Assembly (NCBI GenBank): GCA_050575255.1
Contig: JBNZDD010013728.1
Location: 3,131,694-3,195,693 of the forward strand
Length of the DNA stretch: 64,000 bases
DNA from: Harriotta raleighana
Taxonomy: Eukaryota
Reading direction: 5' to 3'
A model generated the notes under the pieces. That model was not told the DNA's origin. It searched no databases and was given only the letters and a program-made list of their open reading frames with translations. The stretch's first letter is position 1; each line of letters opens with the position of its first letter. Of the stretch, positions 35,556 through 48,286 are shown in pieces. The position numbers were made by a program, and so were the translations under genes.

Positions 35556-36540
35556 CAAATAAATAAATAAATTGTTCTTCATCATCACCACAAAAAGTAA
35601 AAATCAGATTGTCAATGCTTTTTGTTAACTGAAATATCAAGGTAAAGTGCAATCCCCAAGTATGCAGATCTGGGCATCCACACATTATCCAGAGGGGGAC
35701 TGACAATACATTAGAATAGACAGGAGAACACTTACTGTAGCATTCCTGATAGCCTTTGACAAAAAATAAAGAGCGGGAGGAAAGAGAGGAAATAAACTGA
35801 TTTAATGACTGGGAAATGAAAATCAGACCCTGGCAGATTTGCCCGTCCCCCACTTCTCTCACAGCAGACAGGTTCACTGATTTGCTTACCCAGGGAAATG
35901 CACAGAATCAGAACATGAATTATTCACCAAGGTCAGTATTAATGGCAAGATAAAGCTTTTTCAATATATATTATTCATGCAAAAAAGGCCTCTTAGTTAC
36001 AGATCAAGTCTTTCATGGCTGAATGCGAAACACGTGTACTTGTATGATAATACTGTGGGTTTAATCCAAGTCAGCAAATGCAATTTTCTTTCATTATAGG
36101 TTTTTTATACATGAAATTATTTTATATGTGAAAAAAGACAACTACCTTTTCACTTCAAGGAATGCTAGTAAATTCCATGATGTAGATCACACACAGACTC
36201 CTGCTTGATCCTTAAGGGAGGATGGCTCAGTGGATGTTCCATTTCCAGTTAACCATTAGTTTACCGGTAAACCAGTTTCCACAGCTCATCAGTGAACTGG
36301 GGAGGAGCGAGAAGCTGTAAAGTAAACTTTAAGACAATGCTGGGGAATTGCGGCAGCAGATAATAATAATAAAAATCGCAATTGCAGTCAAATATTTCTG
36401 ATTTTCCACAGATTTCAATGTTGATTATATGCTACTTTGCTACTCCAAAAGTAGATCCTATTCTCCTTTATTAAGAAATTCACCAGTTGATGTCAGGTAT
36501 TGGACTCGCAATCTAGAACATTAGGTCACTCATTGGGATA

Positions 36541-36882
36541 AATAATAATCCTTGCATTTGATATTGCGTTTTTTACATCTTATCAACTTCTCAAAGAGCT
36601 TCACAGAATATACTGCAAAGTGAATTAACTGCATATTTGTGGGTGAAATGTGGCAGCCAATTGCGCACAGCAGTGTCCCACAAACAGTTGTGCATTGAAA
36701 TGACCAATTTTTAAATTTTTTATTATTGTGTTTTTTGGGGGAGGGATTATTATTAGGCATGTGGAGTATGGAAACATTGCCCAAGGTTTCACCCTGACCT
36801 GCCTAGATTTGAACACAAGTCTCACGCTTGTAGTGTATTGCAGTGCTCTATAGTGCTGTAACCACTGAGCTACAGGAGCTCC
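36541..36882 (-). mobile_element. Young SINE, full length
   Basis: Head GGAGCTCCTGTAGCTCAGTGGTTA, core GCAGCCAATTGCGCACAGCAGTGTCCCACAAAC, AAT tail. Confidence 0.9.
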
Positions 36883-36981
36883 AATATGATGGTAGGTTCC
36901 CCAAGTGCTGAATTATGGCAGAAAGGCTTGAGAGGGGCCCTTGAAGATATTGATTGATAGATACAGAGGGCAATGTCCCAA

Positions 36982-37720
36982 TTAATAATAATAATCCTTG
37001 CATTTGATATAGTGCTTTTCACACCTTATCGATATCTCAAAGTGCTTCACAGAATATACTGTAAACTGAATTGAATCTATATATATATAGTCGGCGAAAC
37101 GCAGTAGCCAATTGCACACAGGAGTGTCCCACAAACAGTCATGGATTGAAATGACCAATTTATTATTATTTTTAGGGCTCATTATTACAATAACAACAAT
37201 AAAATTATATTTATAGTGCGCCTTTCACGTCGGGAGGACGTCCGAATGCTCTGAACAGTCAGGTCAGGACCTGAGCAAGGGAGAGGGGCAGGGTAGGGTG
37301 GAGGGCCGGGAGAGAGTTAGGAGGGGAGAGAGAGAGTTGGGGGTGTAGCAGAAGGCATGGTCAAAGAGGAGAGTCTTGAGACCGGCCTTGAAGGAGGTGA
37401 GGTAGGGAGCGAAGGGATGGAGTTCCAGAGTGTGGGGGCAGAGAGGTTGAAAGCCCAGGTAGGGCGGGTCGGGTGGGGGACATGGAGTAGGCTGGATCCC
37501 GCTGAACGTAGGGGGCAGGGAGGTTCATAGGGGAACAGCGTGTCTGAGAGGTGGGGTGGAGGCAAGGCCGTGAATGGCCTTGAAGATGAGGATAAGGTTC
37601 TTGAATTTGATTATTAGGCGTCTGGAAGAAGGCAATTTGCCCAAGGTTTCGCCCTGGCCAGGAATTGAACCCAGGTCTCTCTCTCACAGTCCCAAACGCA
37701 TTTCCACCTGCTGGATTCAC
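36982..37720 (-). mobile_element. Young SINE with a nested L2b (37188-37609)
   Basis: SINE is split at its internal ATTATTA, which appears on both sides (37181-37187, 37610-37616) as an apparent 7-bp TSD. Confidence 0.88.
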
Positions 37721-38949
37721 CCAATGAACCATCAGCATCATTCACGGTGCTGGTAGCTCATGTCTGATTTGTTAACAATAATAATTGGGAAAATGTCTCA
37801 AAGCAGTTCACTGTAATGTGGAGTTCCCACTGTGAAGTGGGAATTTTTTGGATAGACTTTGTTAAGATGGTAAGCAGCAGTCCTTGGAGCTAGCTTGTGT
37901 TCGAGTGACTTATTATTTTTCCCAAATGCTTGCGCTGTGGATAGTGCTGATTCAGAGGCGAATGCCCAGTGGATTTCATTTTACACACACCCCTCAAACC
38001 ACTCAACCAAAAGCATCCTAAAGCACGCAACTCATCGTCTGATGACCTTACTACTACTGTACCTACAGTTAGATTTCCCTCCCTAAATCTAACATTGACG
38101 AGAACCCTGCAAACAATCAAAGATTTACTGGTATGCTCTACCTTTGAATCATGTTCTCGTTTTGACTTTCGTGTGGAATTGCTTCAGTTGTTCCATTCAG
38201 ATTGACACATTAATCCCTCGGTGACAGTTTGCTGTTACAGCACTTGCAGGGCCATATATGTTACCAAATCAAAGTGCTTCCCCTAATGATCTACTTAGTA
38301 AGAGCATGAACTTGCAAGAGACGACAGGACTCACTCACTGGGTAACCGTACAAATCTACCTAAAGGCAACCGGTGCTTGCCTTTATGTCCATCTCGTTTT
38401 AAAATCGAAGGATTGTTGGANCTCGGTGCTTGCCTTTATGTCCATCTCGTTTTAAAATCGAAGGATTGTTGGAAAATTCTGAAATTCAGTCTTCATTAGG
38501 AAACTTTAAAAAAAAAAGTTGCATAAAACTGAATTTAGGACATTTCTGTGCAATCTTAAATTTCAAGACAAGGTGGATTTAACGGTTTAAGACTGGGTGG
38601 AACTTTGATCCTCAGGTGTAAACCATTCCTTACAACATGTGGGTCAGATCTTCAAAATGAACAATGAGAACATCTCATGGTTTTGGGGAACCAAACTGCA
38701 GCATTTCAGAATGAGATTCCTTATATCTGTCTAATGTGTGATATTTAACAGAAGGGATTCGTTCATTAATTATAACTTCCAGTTTGTGATAACGATGGCC
38801 TGCAAAATCCCTAACAGGTCAGCTAAGTGAGAGAAGATAGGGGAGTAAAACCCAATTTGAAATCGCGAAGCCAAATTTGCAAAGCACACAATATATCTGG
38901 TTTGCAGAATTTGCAAAATAACCTTCTTCCCAAATGCATAGCGTGTGGG

Positions 38950-39065
38950 TAATAATAATCCTTGCATTTTATATCGCTTTTCATGTCTTCTAGACGTCTC
39001 AAGGCGTTTCACAGAATGTACTGTAAAGTGAATTGACTGTATATTTGTGGGCTAGTATTTGTGGG
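38950..39065 (-). mobile_element. SINE 3' fragment
   Basis: AATAATAATCCTTGCATTTTATATCGCTTTTCATGTCTTCTAGACGTCTC. Confidence 0.8.
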
Positions 39066-39939
39066 TACTCCAATCCATGTGATCCAGTTCCTGAAGAGTT
39101 CCTGCAAGTGTCCATTTGCAATTTATTAGTTTTTAAGGAATCCCTTTCAGAAATGCTGCAATTTAGACCCCCAAATACATTTTGTTATGTAAAATATTTG
39201 TCGTTTGTGGGGCTGTAGATTACAAATACCAGCGCAGGCTTTGCTTCGGGAGTTTTATTTTGCAGAATTTCTCTTGAACAATTGGCAGCTTGTGTCAATC
39301 TACCTTAAAAAGAGCAAAAGCAATATTAAGTGTGCGCTGAGGGGAATGTCTCCACTTGTATCTGGCAGCAGCAGCGGCAGGTGCAGATTTCAAATAATAG
39401 GATATTACCTGCTCTGCACAACACATGAGAACACTCTAGGGTGTGAGGGAACACACACACACACAAAAGAAAAACACTGTTGAGGTTGTCAAGTCACCCC
39501 CATCTCCAGCTGACAACAAGCAGCAAGACATGAATCATCATGTATTCCCCAAAGACTAATACAAAAATTGTTTATAAGACACTGAATAACAAACTTCTGC
39601 GGGGGAGGCATGATGTACATTCCTGGAGATTAACCCCACAGGTAGACGACACAAGAGAATTTCGTAGCTGGTTGCTACTTCAGTGATGTGTATTCAGCAC
39701 TTGAAGAGCACTCAAGCTTTATTTTTTGCATGAGGTACAGTGTTTTTTACAGTAGAAAAATGCTTCATAGAATATACTGTGGAATGCAGTGACTGTTTAT
39801 TCTGTGGGCGAATGCGGTTGCCAAATTGCGGTTGCCAAATCCCACAAACAACTCGAATAATGACCAATTTTATTTGGGGGAGACGCTAAACCGAAGAGTG
39901 TCTAGTTGTTCATGGGGAATGAGGGAATGACCAATTTTA

Positions 39940-41492
39940 TTTGCCTTCCCTCACCTCCACAACATCGGTCGACTACCTCGGGCCATTCAGGCCGCTGAAA
40001 CTCTCATTTATGCCTTCATCACATCCACACAACAATAACAATAACTTGGATTCGAAACAACAACCAGATGGATTCTCAGAGCGCTTCACAATAACGGAGA
40101 CCAGGGCGGAGCCAGGGGGAGGGGGAAAAGACCAAAATCACAGTCGAAAAGATCTTTAGCCGTGACCTGAAAATAGGAAAAGAGGGGGCGAGGCGAAGGG
40201 AGTGAGGAAGGGAGTTCCAGAGCCTCCGGGCGTAGTGGCTGAAGGTACGGCCTCCGATGGTGGAACAGAGGGGACAAGGAGGAGGACAGACCCAGTAGAG
40301 CGAAGGCAACAGATGCTGTTATGAGGAGAGAGGAGATCAGAGAGTGCAGAGGTGCGCAGGGATTTGAAAACAAGAGTGAGGATCTTGAAAACAATCTGCT
40401 TCGAGACGGAGCCAGTGAAGTCTGGCAAGGACTGGAGAAATTGGCGACCAAAGTTTGGTTTGGGTGAGAATGCGGGCGCAGAAGTTTGGATAACCTAGAT
40501 TTTGTGAATCGTGGTGGAGAGGAAACCGGCGAGGAGGGCATTGGAATAGTCCAGCCGAAAGATGACAAAGGCATGGACCAGTGTTTCGGCGGTTTTTGTG
40601 GTGAGATATTAGTGGAGAAGGGCAATGCATTGGAGATGGAAGAAAGCGGTGCTGATGATGGACCGGATGTGGAGGAGGAAGGATAATTGGGGGTCGAAAC
40701 TGATGCCTACGTTGTGTATGGGTTCGGAGAGTTTTAGGGGTAGATCGGGTAGGTGGAGAAGGTGAGAGCCGTGGAATTGAAGACGTTGATGAGAGCCAAA
40801 CAGTATGGCTTCCGTCTTGTCAACGTTGAACTGAAGGAAATTCACGCTCATCAAGCTCTTGATGTTTGACAGGCAGGCTGACAGAACATAGGAAGACCGG
40901 GGGTTGCAAATCGAGTGGAAAAGTAGGTTTATGCTATTGGCCTGCTTGTCGGCCTTCCCAACGACCCCTACATAGATTGCAGATCATCCAGAACTCTGCA
41001 GCCCGTGTCCTCTTCAGGCCAAGCTCTGTGACTCCATCTCCCCTATTCTCACCTGATTCCATTGGCTCCCCATCATCCAGAGAACCTGGTCCTCGTCCTC
41101 AAAGCTCTTCATGGCCTTGCCCCACCCTACCTCTGACACCTCCTCACCTCCTACCGACCTGCTCCCTCCCTCCATTCAGCATACTCTAGCCTGCTCCACA
41201 TCCCCCAACCCACCCGCCCCACCATCGGTGGGTGAGTCTTCAGCCACTCCGCCCCTATCCTCTGCAATTCCATCCCACAATCCTTCTGCCTCACCCATTT
41301 ACTTGTCTCTTTCAGGTCCCATCTCAACACCCTCCTTTTCGACGGTCCCATCGGTCACCCCAAATCGCCCCCTTTCCCTACACCCTCCCCAATCCTGACC
41401 CCAGTTCGCACCTGAAACAATGACCTGCCCACTGCCTTGAAATGTTCTCCTGATATGAAAGGCACTTTTCAAATATAATTTTGTTGTTGTTG
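39940..41492 (+). mobile_element. L2b copy (39940-40027 + ~40930-41492) split by L2a
   Basis: AETLIYAFITS resumes after the insert as ..LLVGLP..LHRLQIIQNSAARVL. (GTT)n tail at 41481-41492. Confidence 0.85.
40028..40890 (-). mobile_element. L2a copy nested in L2b
   Basis: NFLQFNVDKTEAILFG, FKILTLVFKSL, GGRTFSHYARRLWNSLP, (CAA/TAA)n tail at 40028-40045. Confidence 0.9.
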
Positions 41493-41494
41493 CC

Positions 41495-41645
41495 CAAGAC
41501 ACCAGGACTCCTTTCTCTTCTCTTTTTGAATATTGTCATGGAATCTTTAGCGTCCACCCGAACAAGCAGACAGGCTTGTTCAGTATCTCATCTAAAGGAC
41601 AGCAGTTCCAAAATACAGCACAACCCCCAACCCTTCACTTGAGTG
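41495..41645 (-). mobile_element. Old DeuSINE fragment
   Basis: GACACCAGGA..TGTCATGGAATCTTTAGCGTCCACC..TCTCATCTAAAGGACAGCA. Confidence 0.7.
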
Positions 41646-43154
41646 TCCATGGTGCAAGTGGTAATGTTGCGCCAAGGTCCACGTTGTTTCGTCCACAAAA
41701 TCTACAGGCGATTCACTCTGTAGGACATTCTGTGAAACATCTCTATATTAAATGCAAGAATTATTTTTTATACAGTAATCGGTTATTGGGGCCCAAGCCA
41801 CTGGTGGTGAAACAACGTGTTATCTCATTTGCCATTTCAATATAACTCCATCATGCACATCAGGATGAGGGCCCCCAACGTACTGTCACAAGAGCCCTGG
41901 AGCCTTGTTACTCCAGTGTTGGGAGTTGTACTATCCTAGCATCAAATCTTGGGCCTTTGTGGGTTCTGTGGCTTACTTTTACATTGAGCTGCATAGCAAT
42001 ATTCCGCAAACAGCAATCAAGTGAATGACCAATTTTATTTGAGAGATTGTTTCAATGAGGATTTAATGTAACTTACGTTGAAAAAAGGCATTTTTACATC
42101 ATTTGCAAGGGTCGTCAACATGAACAGAATGATGCATAGTTGCTTGTCATTCCCATATGACATAAAAGATTTGCCGAAAATAGTTTTTCCTGAAAGCAGT
42201 GTCCAATTCACATCTTTTGTATCACAAAGTCACTTTTTCTGACAATCTGCTTCTTCTTCACATTCTGTGGATGAATGGTAAAGACTAAACACAGATAGAG
42301 TAACCTGTAAGAAGTATTTCTGCCCCAGAGATCAATGGGGGCACTTTTAATCTGAGTATGATGCATTGAAGTCATTTTCTAAACAAACTGAAAAATGATA
42401 GTGTTGTTACATTGACCAGGGATTAAATGTTTCATCATCGACTGGAGATCATAACCAGCTGGAATGGGACTAATGGGGCTTCTATTTCATTTTTTTGGTC
42501 AGTCGGGTGTGACACACACAGAAAATGATCACCATGCTTAAGACAGAGGTCCAATGTATACCACCTACGCATGGAAATTCCTGTCTGGAATGGAACATGC
42601 ACTCCCTCCTTGAAGCGTCACACCCTAACCTAATTTCAGATAGTATAAAACACAGACTGCCAAAAACCAAAGCATGGGGACTTCATATCATGTGTTGGAA
42701 TATTGCTGGAGATTTAAGTAGCTCAAACCAATTAAGGCTTAAATCAGTAGTAGGGTTTGTGTTCTGGAACGATGTGATTTGATGGGCTGAAGGGCCTTCA
42801 TTCAAACTATTCTGGTGATCTTGTGAAAGCACTTTTTGGCAAGATTTCATTCAATGATGTACAAATGTCAAGCAAGAGTGCAATGTCTACCTGTATAGAA
42901 CGCCACACAAATTGGCACATTGTTTAACCAGAAGTGTTCAGAGTCAACAGTAGTGCTATATTTCTAGCGTATTGACGGGATAAAGATTTGACTTCCTTCC
43001 TGCTTTGTTCCCCCACCTCCAACAATGTCCCATAACTACACTAATGCTGACAGAATGAAGATGGTCTATACAGAGTATCATAGAGCATATTCCTGGTTAT
43101 GTCAGCCCTTTCTCCACAACCTTGGGCATATAGTCCAGTCTTACAATCTGCTTC

Positions 43155-43660
43155 AGAGCTGGGGAATTGCTGCATGTGTTCGAATCCAGGCAGGTCAGGG
43201 CAAAATCTTTGGTAATAATCCCTCAAAAAAACACAATATTGTAATAAAATTGGTCATTTCAATCCAAGACTGTTTCTGGGACACTACTGTGCGTAATTGG
43301 CTACCGCGCTTTGCCCACAAATATACAGTCAATTCACCTTACAGTATAATCTGTGAAGCACTTTGAGATGTCCAGAAGACGTGAAAAGTGCTATATCAAT
43401 TGCAAGGATTATTATTATTATAAAAAGTGGCCATTCACTACATGCCTACTTGACAATCTGTGTGCCATGTTTACCTGCAAATACACAGTACAGTAATTAC
43501 ATTTTAGGCAATTACCTGTGAAGCTCTTTGAGATATAAACCTCAATAATAATAATAATCATCTTTATATTTGATGTAGCACTTTCACATTTTCTAGACAT
43601 CTCAAAGTGCTTCACAGAATATACTGCAAGGTGAATTTATTGTATATATGTGGGTGAAAC
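43155..43660. mobile_element. Tail-to-tail pair of young SINEs (+ 43155-43420, - 43544-43660)
   Basis: B box GTTCGAATCC, core and ATT tail on +; AAT tail and terminus on -. Confidence 0.85.
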
Positions 43661-44984
43661 TTCCCATGCTCGTAGGTGTCAGTAACTCAGAAGGAGGCGG
43701 TGAGCAAGAACTAGCCCAACATGATGAGGGAAAACACAGAGACTATTTCCTCCACATAATAAAAAAGGCACAGGCATAATATCAAAGTACTGACATATCT
43801 GATTAATCAGGGTTAAGTGGTGGTGACTGGACACGTCCTTTGCAGGTTTGTTAGAGGTATGTTTCCAGTACTACTTCGAACAGTGGAATGTCACACCTCC
43901 CACTGCCTTAAATCCTAATAGACGTGAAAGTACTGATCATCTCAGCCTCTACTCCCTGCTTTGAGGAGCCTCACACAAAGCAGAGTGGGGGGGGGGGGGG
44001 GGGGCGGGTNGGGGGGGGGGGGGGGGCGGATGCAAATAATATTCTCCATTCTCCTTTAGAAGCCTGGAATATTATTCACTGGATCAAATTAGATTTGATT
44101 TCCCAGAGGGAAGGTTCCTGGCTATGGTGAACTGTGGAAAGCAAATGAAGCAGTACTAGGATTAGCCACTGGATGGGTGCCTGTAAAAGGCGATATCAGC
44201 TAAGGTGATGCCAGTTATTTGAAATATGTGACGAGGTGCAGCGTCAACATCTGCTGCAGGGGGTCAGCTGAATAACTCTGCACTTCAAGGTCCTGTGTCG
44301 AACCTGACCGTCTCCATACAATCAGCACCATTCATGAAAGGAGAATCAAGTCTTAAATCCCAACCGTGCTAGTTAATTTTTCCTAGGACGGTTGCATAGC
44401 TATTGAAACGTGCTGTTGCTTCAGATTCAGACCTATTTATTTATTGTACTTTTGTGCTTCGGGCGTTCTGAACGTAACTGCTTGCATCAGTTAAGTGGGT
44501 TCGCGTTCTTACTCGGGCTTCATCAGGCAGACTGAGTTCTCACATTACATTTAATGAATCTCTGCATACTAAATCAGCCACACTTCCGCTCTCCCAGCCC
44601 TTTTTATTGTTAATTCTTTCCAGGCTGCTCTGCTTCAGGAGTTGACCTCAGTTACAAATTGCCTCATTAATGCCAGGCATGAAAAGCCAGTGGATGAGAA
44701 TGACTCAGGCACTCCAACTGAGTGCTCAGTTCACAGAAATAGCTGCCCTTGCTGGTCCCTGCAGTCGCTTCCTATCGATTTACAGTAGTCACCTGATGGA
44801 CCTGCTGGAGTGTGCGTCAAGGCATGATGCAACCTCCAGTAACCATTGCTCTGAATTCAAGTACCTATTTCTGTAAAGTGATCCGGCTGGAGGAACTTAT
44901 CTCGTAAAAGGCTTAAATTCTCCCTGGCATCACATTTCCTTATAGTCTTACAGCAAATGGTCAATTGTTGCTTGTTGCGTTAAA

Positions 44985-45141
44985 TGAGATTGATAGATTT
45001 CTTGTGGATAAAGGGATTAAGGGATATGGGGATAAGGCAGGTAAGTGGAGTTAAATTAGAAGATCAGCCATGATTTTATTGAATGGAGGGGTAGGCTCGG
45101 GGGCCGAATGGCCTACTGCTGCTCCTAATTCTTATGTTCTT
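44985..45141 (+). mobile_element. CR1 3' end (shark HER1-like tail)
   Basis: GAGATTGATAGATTTCTTG..AAGGGATATGGG..GATCAGCCATGA..GGCCGAATGGCCTACT..CTTATGTTCTTA. Confidence 0.85.
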
Positions 45142-45329
45142 AAATGCAGGAAAAACAATCATCATCTGCCTGAAGAAAAAACATCATGGTGGCGGAGTGT
45201 GGCCGATTGACATTATAGAGCTCAGGACATCAGTTTCAGCGTAAGTGTGTGGAATTCAAGCATGCCCACTGCTGAGGATGGAGTTACCAAGGGTTATAAG
45301 AGTCCCTGCCTGCACATCCTGATCAGTAG

Positions 45330-46302
45330 TCATAGAATCATAGGTTACGGCACAGAAGGAGGCCATTCGGCCCATCAAGTCTGGGCCGGCTCTTTGACAG
45401 AGCGATGTCACTTTCATTAACCCCAATCACCAGCTTTTTCCCCATAACCCTGCAAACCCGTCTTTCCCAGATACCTATCCAGTTCTCTCTTAAAAGCTGC
45501 TATCGAATCGGACCTCACTACCCTTTCAGGCAGATCATTTCAAATTCGAACAACTCTCTATGAGTGAAAAAATTTATTCTAACCTCCCCTCTGCTTCTTT
45601 TGGTAGATATCTTAAGACTGTGACCTCGGGTCACAGACACACCTACCAGCGGAAACAGCTTTTCCCTATCTAGCCTGTCGAAACCTTTCATGATCTTGAA
45701 GACCTCTATCAGGTCCCCGCGTAACCTTCTCTGCTCTAATGGGAAAAGTCCTAACTTCTCCAGCCTGTCCTCATAGCTAAGGTTCCCCATTCCTGGAATC
45801 ATTCTCGTGAATCTCCTCTGCACCCTTTCCAGTGCCTTAATGTCCTTCCTGTAGTAAGGTGCCCAGAACTGGACGCAGTACTCCAGCTGAGGCCTAACCA
45901 GTGTTTTGTATAAATTAAGCATAACTTCCCTACTCTTAAACTCTATGCCCCTACTAATAAAGCTCAGTACACCAAATGCCTTTTTTACTGCCTTATCTAC
46001 CTGCCCTGCTACCTTTAATGATTCACTTACTTGAACACCCAGATCTCTCTGTACGTTCACCCCCCTTAAGATTGAGCTACCAAGTCTATATTGCCTCCTA
46101 TCATTTTTCCTACCTAAGTGTATGACCTCACACTTATCCACATTGAAATCCATCTGCCACATGTCAGCCCATTCCACCATTCTGTGTATGTCTGCTTGCA
46201 GTTGGTTACAGTCCTCCTCACTATTTACTACCCTACCTAACTTTGTATCATCTGCAAACTTGGAAATAGTGCTCTCTATGCCCAAGTCCAGATCATTTAT
46301 AC
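45330..46302 (-). mobile_element. Young CR1 LINE, 5'-truncated, with a long open ORF2 C-terminal part
   Basis: INDLDLGIESTISKFADDTKLG (RT FADD), WQMDFNVDKCEVIHLG, LYKTLVRPQLEYCVQFWAP, RRLRGDLIEVFKIMKG. A frameshift near FFTHR. Tail CATAGAATCATAG. Confidence 0.95.
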
Positions 46303-46489
46303 TAGAAAAGCCTGTTCTAACTTGACATCCATGCAAACATGCAGCTTCCTCTCGTATTACTAGTTACCAATCACGTGGAGGAATCTTGGCCAATTTTCCA
46401 CTCTCCAGCCTATAGTTCCAAGGTTAGTTATGATAGCCCCACTGTCACCTCAACCCACTGATCAAACCAGGGACATTCTGATCAATAAA

Positions 46490-46850
46490 ATAATACTTGC
46501 ACTTGATATATCACTATGATGTTGAAACATTTCACAGCTAATTGCTGTCAAGTGAAATGACTAGATATTTCATAGGCAATTGTGGCAGCTGATTTGTACA
46601 TAGCAATGATGAATGTTGGCTAGGATACCAGGAGAATCCCTTCTCTTTCGAATAGTACCATGGGATCTTTAACATCCACCTAAACAGGCAACTGTGACCT
46701 GAGTTTAACATGTTATCCATAGGATGATATCAAGAATGCAGTCCTGAATTCAATATGATCTTAAATTGTGAGCCGAAAGTTGTGACTTAGGGCTTGAACC
46801 CACAACCTACTGACCAAGATAAGAGTGCTCTCAAATGAGCTGAACTAACA
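46490..46850 (-). mobile_element. Old DeuSINE, near full length
   Basis: AATAGTACCATGGGATCTTTAACATCCACCTAAACAGGC and head GGGCTTGAACCCACAACC..AGAGTGCT. Confidence 0.8.
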
Positions 46851-46979
46851 CCTTAATATGGTAAAATAACTCACACCATAGTCATAAGAGCATTTACTCA
46901 TTGAGCCATCAGTAGAGCTTGTGTTCACAATTTTTGCTCTCATTTCCTGAGATTTGCTTGTGCGTCACAGACGAAACCT

Positions 46980-47490
46980 TTGTCAGAGGTGCTGTCTTCG
47001 GGTGAGACGTTAAACTAAGGTCCCGTCTGCCTGTTGATGGGACTATTTGAAAATAGAGTACGGAATTTCTCCAGGTGTCCTAGCCAACAATTCCCCCAAA
47101 TAAAATTGGTCACTCTGTGGCTGCTTGTGAGAATTTGCTTTGCACAACTGACTGCCACGTTTCTCCCATAAATATACATAGTGATTCCACCTTCCAGTAC
47201 ATCTGGCGAAGCACTTTCAGATATCTCAACAATGAGAATGCAACGACAATAACAAAATTACATTAGTACAGCAGCTACATTAGGACATCCCAATGTGAAA
47301 GCTCCCAACAGTCAGTGGTCAGGACCCGAGCATGGGGAAGGGGGAGGAGCTGAAGGCAGGCCAAAAAGGAGAGCTTTGAGATGGGCCTTGAAAGAGGAAG
47401 CAAGGCGAAAGGATTGTGGTATGGAGTTCCAGAGCGTGGGGTCAGAGAGACTGAAAGGCACTAAATCAAATGCAAGGATTATTATTATAT
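46980..47490 (+). mobile_element. DeuSINE with L2b (minus, 47241-47458) inserted in its terminal motif
   Basis: GAGGTGCTGTCTTCGGGTGAGACGTTAAAC Deu motif. The terminus is split as ..GAGAATGCA / CTAAATCAAATGCAAGGATTATTATT. Confidence 0.8.
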
Positions 47491-47699
47491 GAAACCAGTT
47501 TGATTATTCCAAATAATATTAGTCCCATCAGCCTTATATTGATCTTCATTTCTGTGGCTGTGCTTTGACCCAGTGTGACAATCTGGACTCAGTATCCAAA
47601 TCTGTGTGGGTAGATTAAGTGCAGCTGTCCCAGTAAGGAAGAGATCCTTGATTCGTTTACACAATAATGTAAAACTCTCCAATGACTGGGTTTGGAAAA

Positions 47700-47940
47700 G
47701 CACTGAGCCACGTGGACCCAGAAGGTCCCAGAATTGATCCCCGGTCTGTGCTGAGTGACGTGTTCTTAGCCGAGGCAATAATAGAGCTTCTGGGCTTGGA
47801 AGAGAAAAGGCAATAGAGATTACCATCCTCAATTGCTATCTAGTGTTGCAAAATTCCACTGAATGGAAGTTGGATGAGAACAGAACTGGGCTTGGATCTT
47901 GTTTCTACTTCTCCCAAGCTGCTGGCTCACTGTCTGGGTT
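47700..47940 (+). mobile_element. Old SINE (family C)
   Basis: CACTGAGCCAC..AGAAGGTCCCAGAATTGATCCCCGGTCTGTGCTGAGT head. Confidence 0.55.
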
Positions 47941-47944
47941 CACA

Positions 47945-48090
47945 TCATAGAATCAGACAATATACAGCACAGAAGGAGGCTCTTCAGCCCATCACTTGGC
48001 TCCAGCCCGGCTTGTTAAAAAATGCTATCCAAATCAATCTGTCGCCCCTGTGCTCTCCCCATAGCCCTGCAAACTTGTCCTCTCCAAATA
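47945..48090 (-). mobile_element. CR1 3' end
   Basis: CATAGAATC..ACAGCACAGAAGGAGGC..CAGCCCATC..CCCCATAGCCCTGCAAAC matches 45331-45460. Confidence 0.8.
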
Positions 48091-48286
48091 ATTTAGTAAA
48101 AGAGAGCCAAATTGCATGAGCCCAGCTCAGTGGAACTGTACCCCAAATTTCATTTAACTATCTGCTTTCACGCAGGTGAGCAGCTCAGATCACTCCTCAG
48201 CAAGAGTCCAGGTCTACAGGAGGGAAGGGACGACCATTGGAGGGGCACAAACTGCTCCCAAGTTTGCAAACAGATGAGCAGGTGAG

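Noticed and set aside
39814-39840. 14-bp tandem duplication GCGGTTGCCAAAT(T)
   Set aside because: Ordinary slippage within a decayed SINE core.
43987-44027. G-quadruplex / poly-G tract
   Set aside because: It contains an N and lies at a contig join, so its length and sequence are unreliable.
45518-46336. 272-aa ORF as a host gene
   Set aside because: It is the C-terminal part of CR1 ORF2 in a 5'-truncated copy. The Met comes from flanking DNA and the end is frameshifted.
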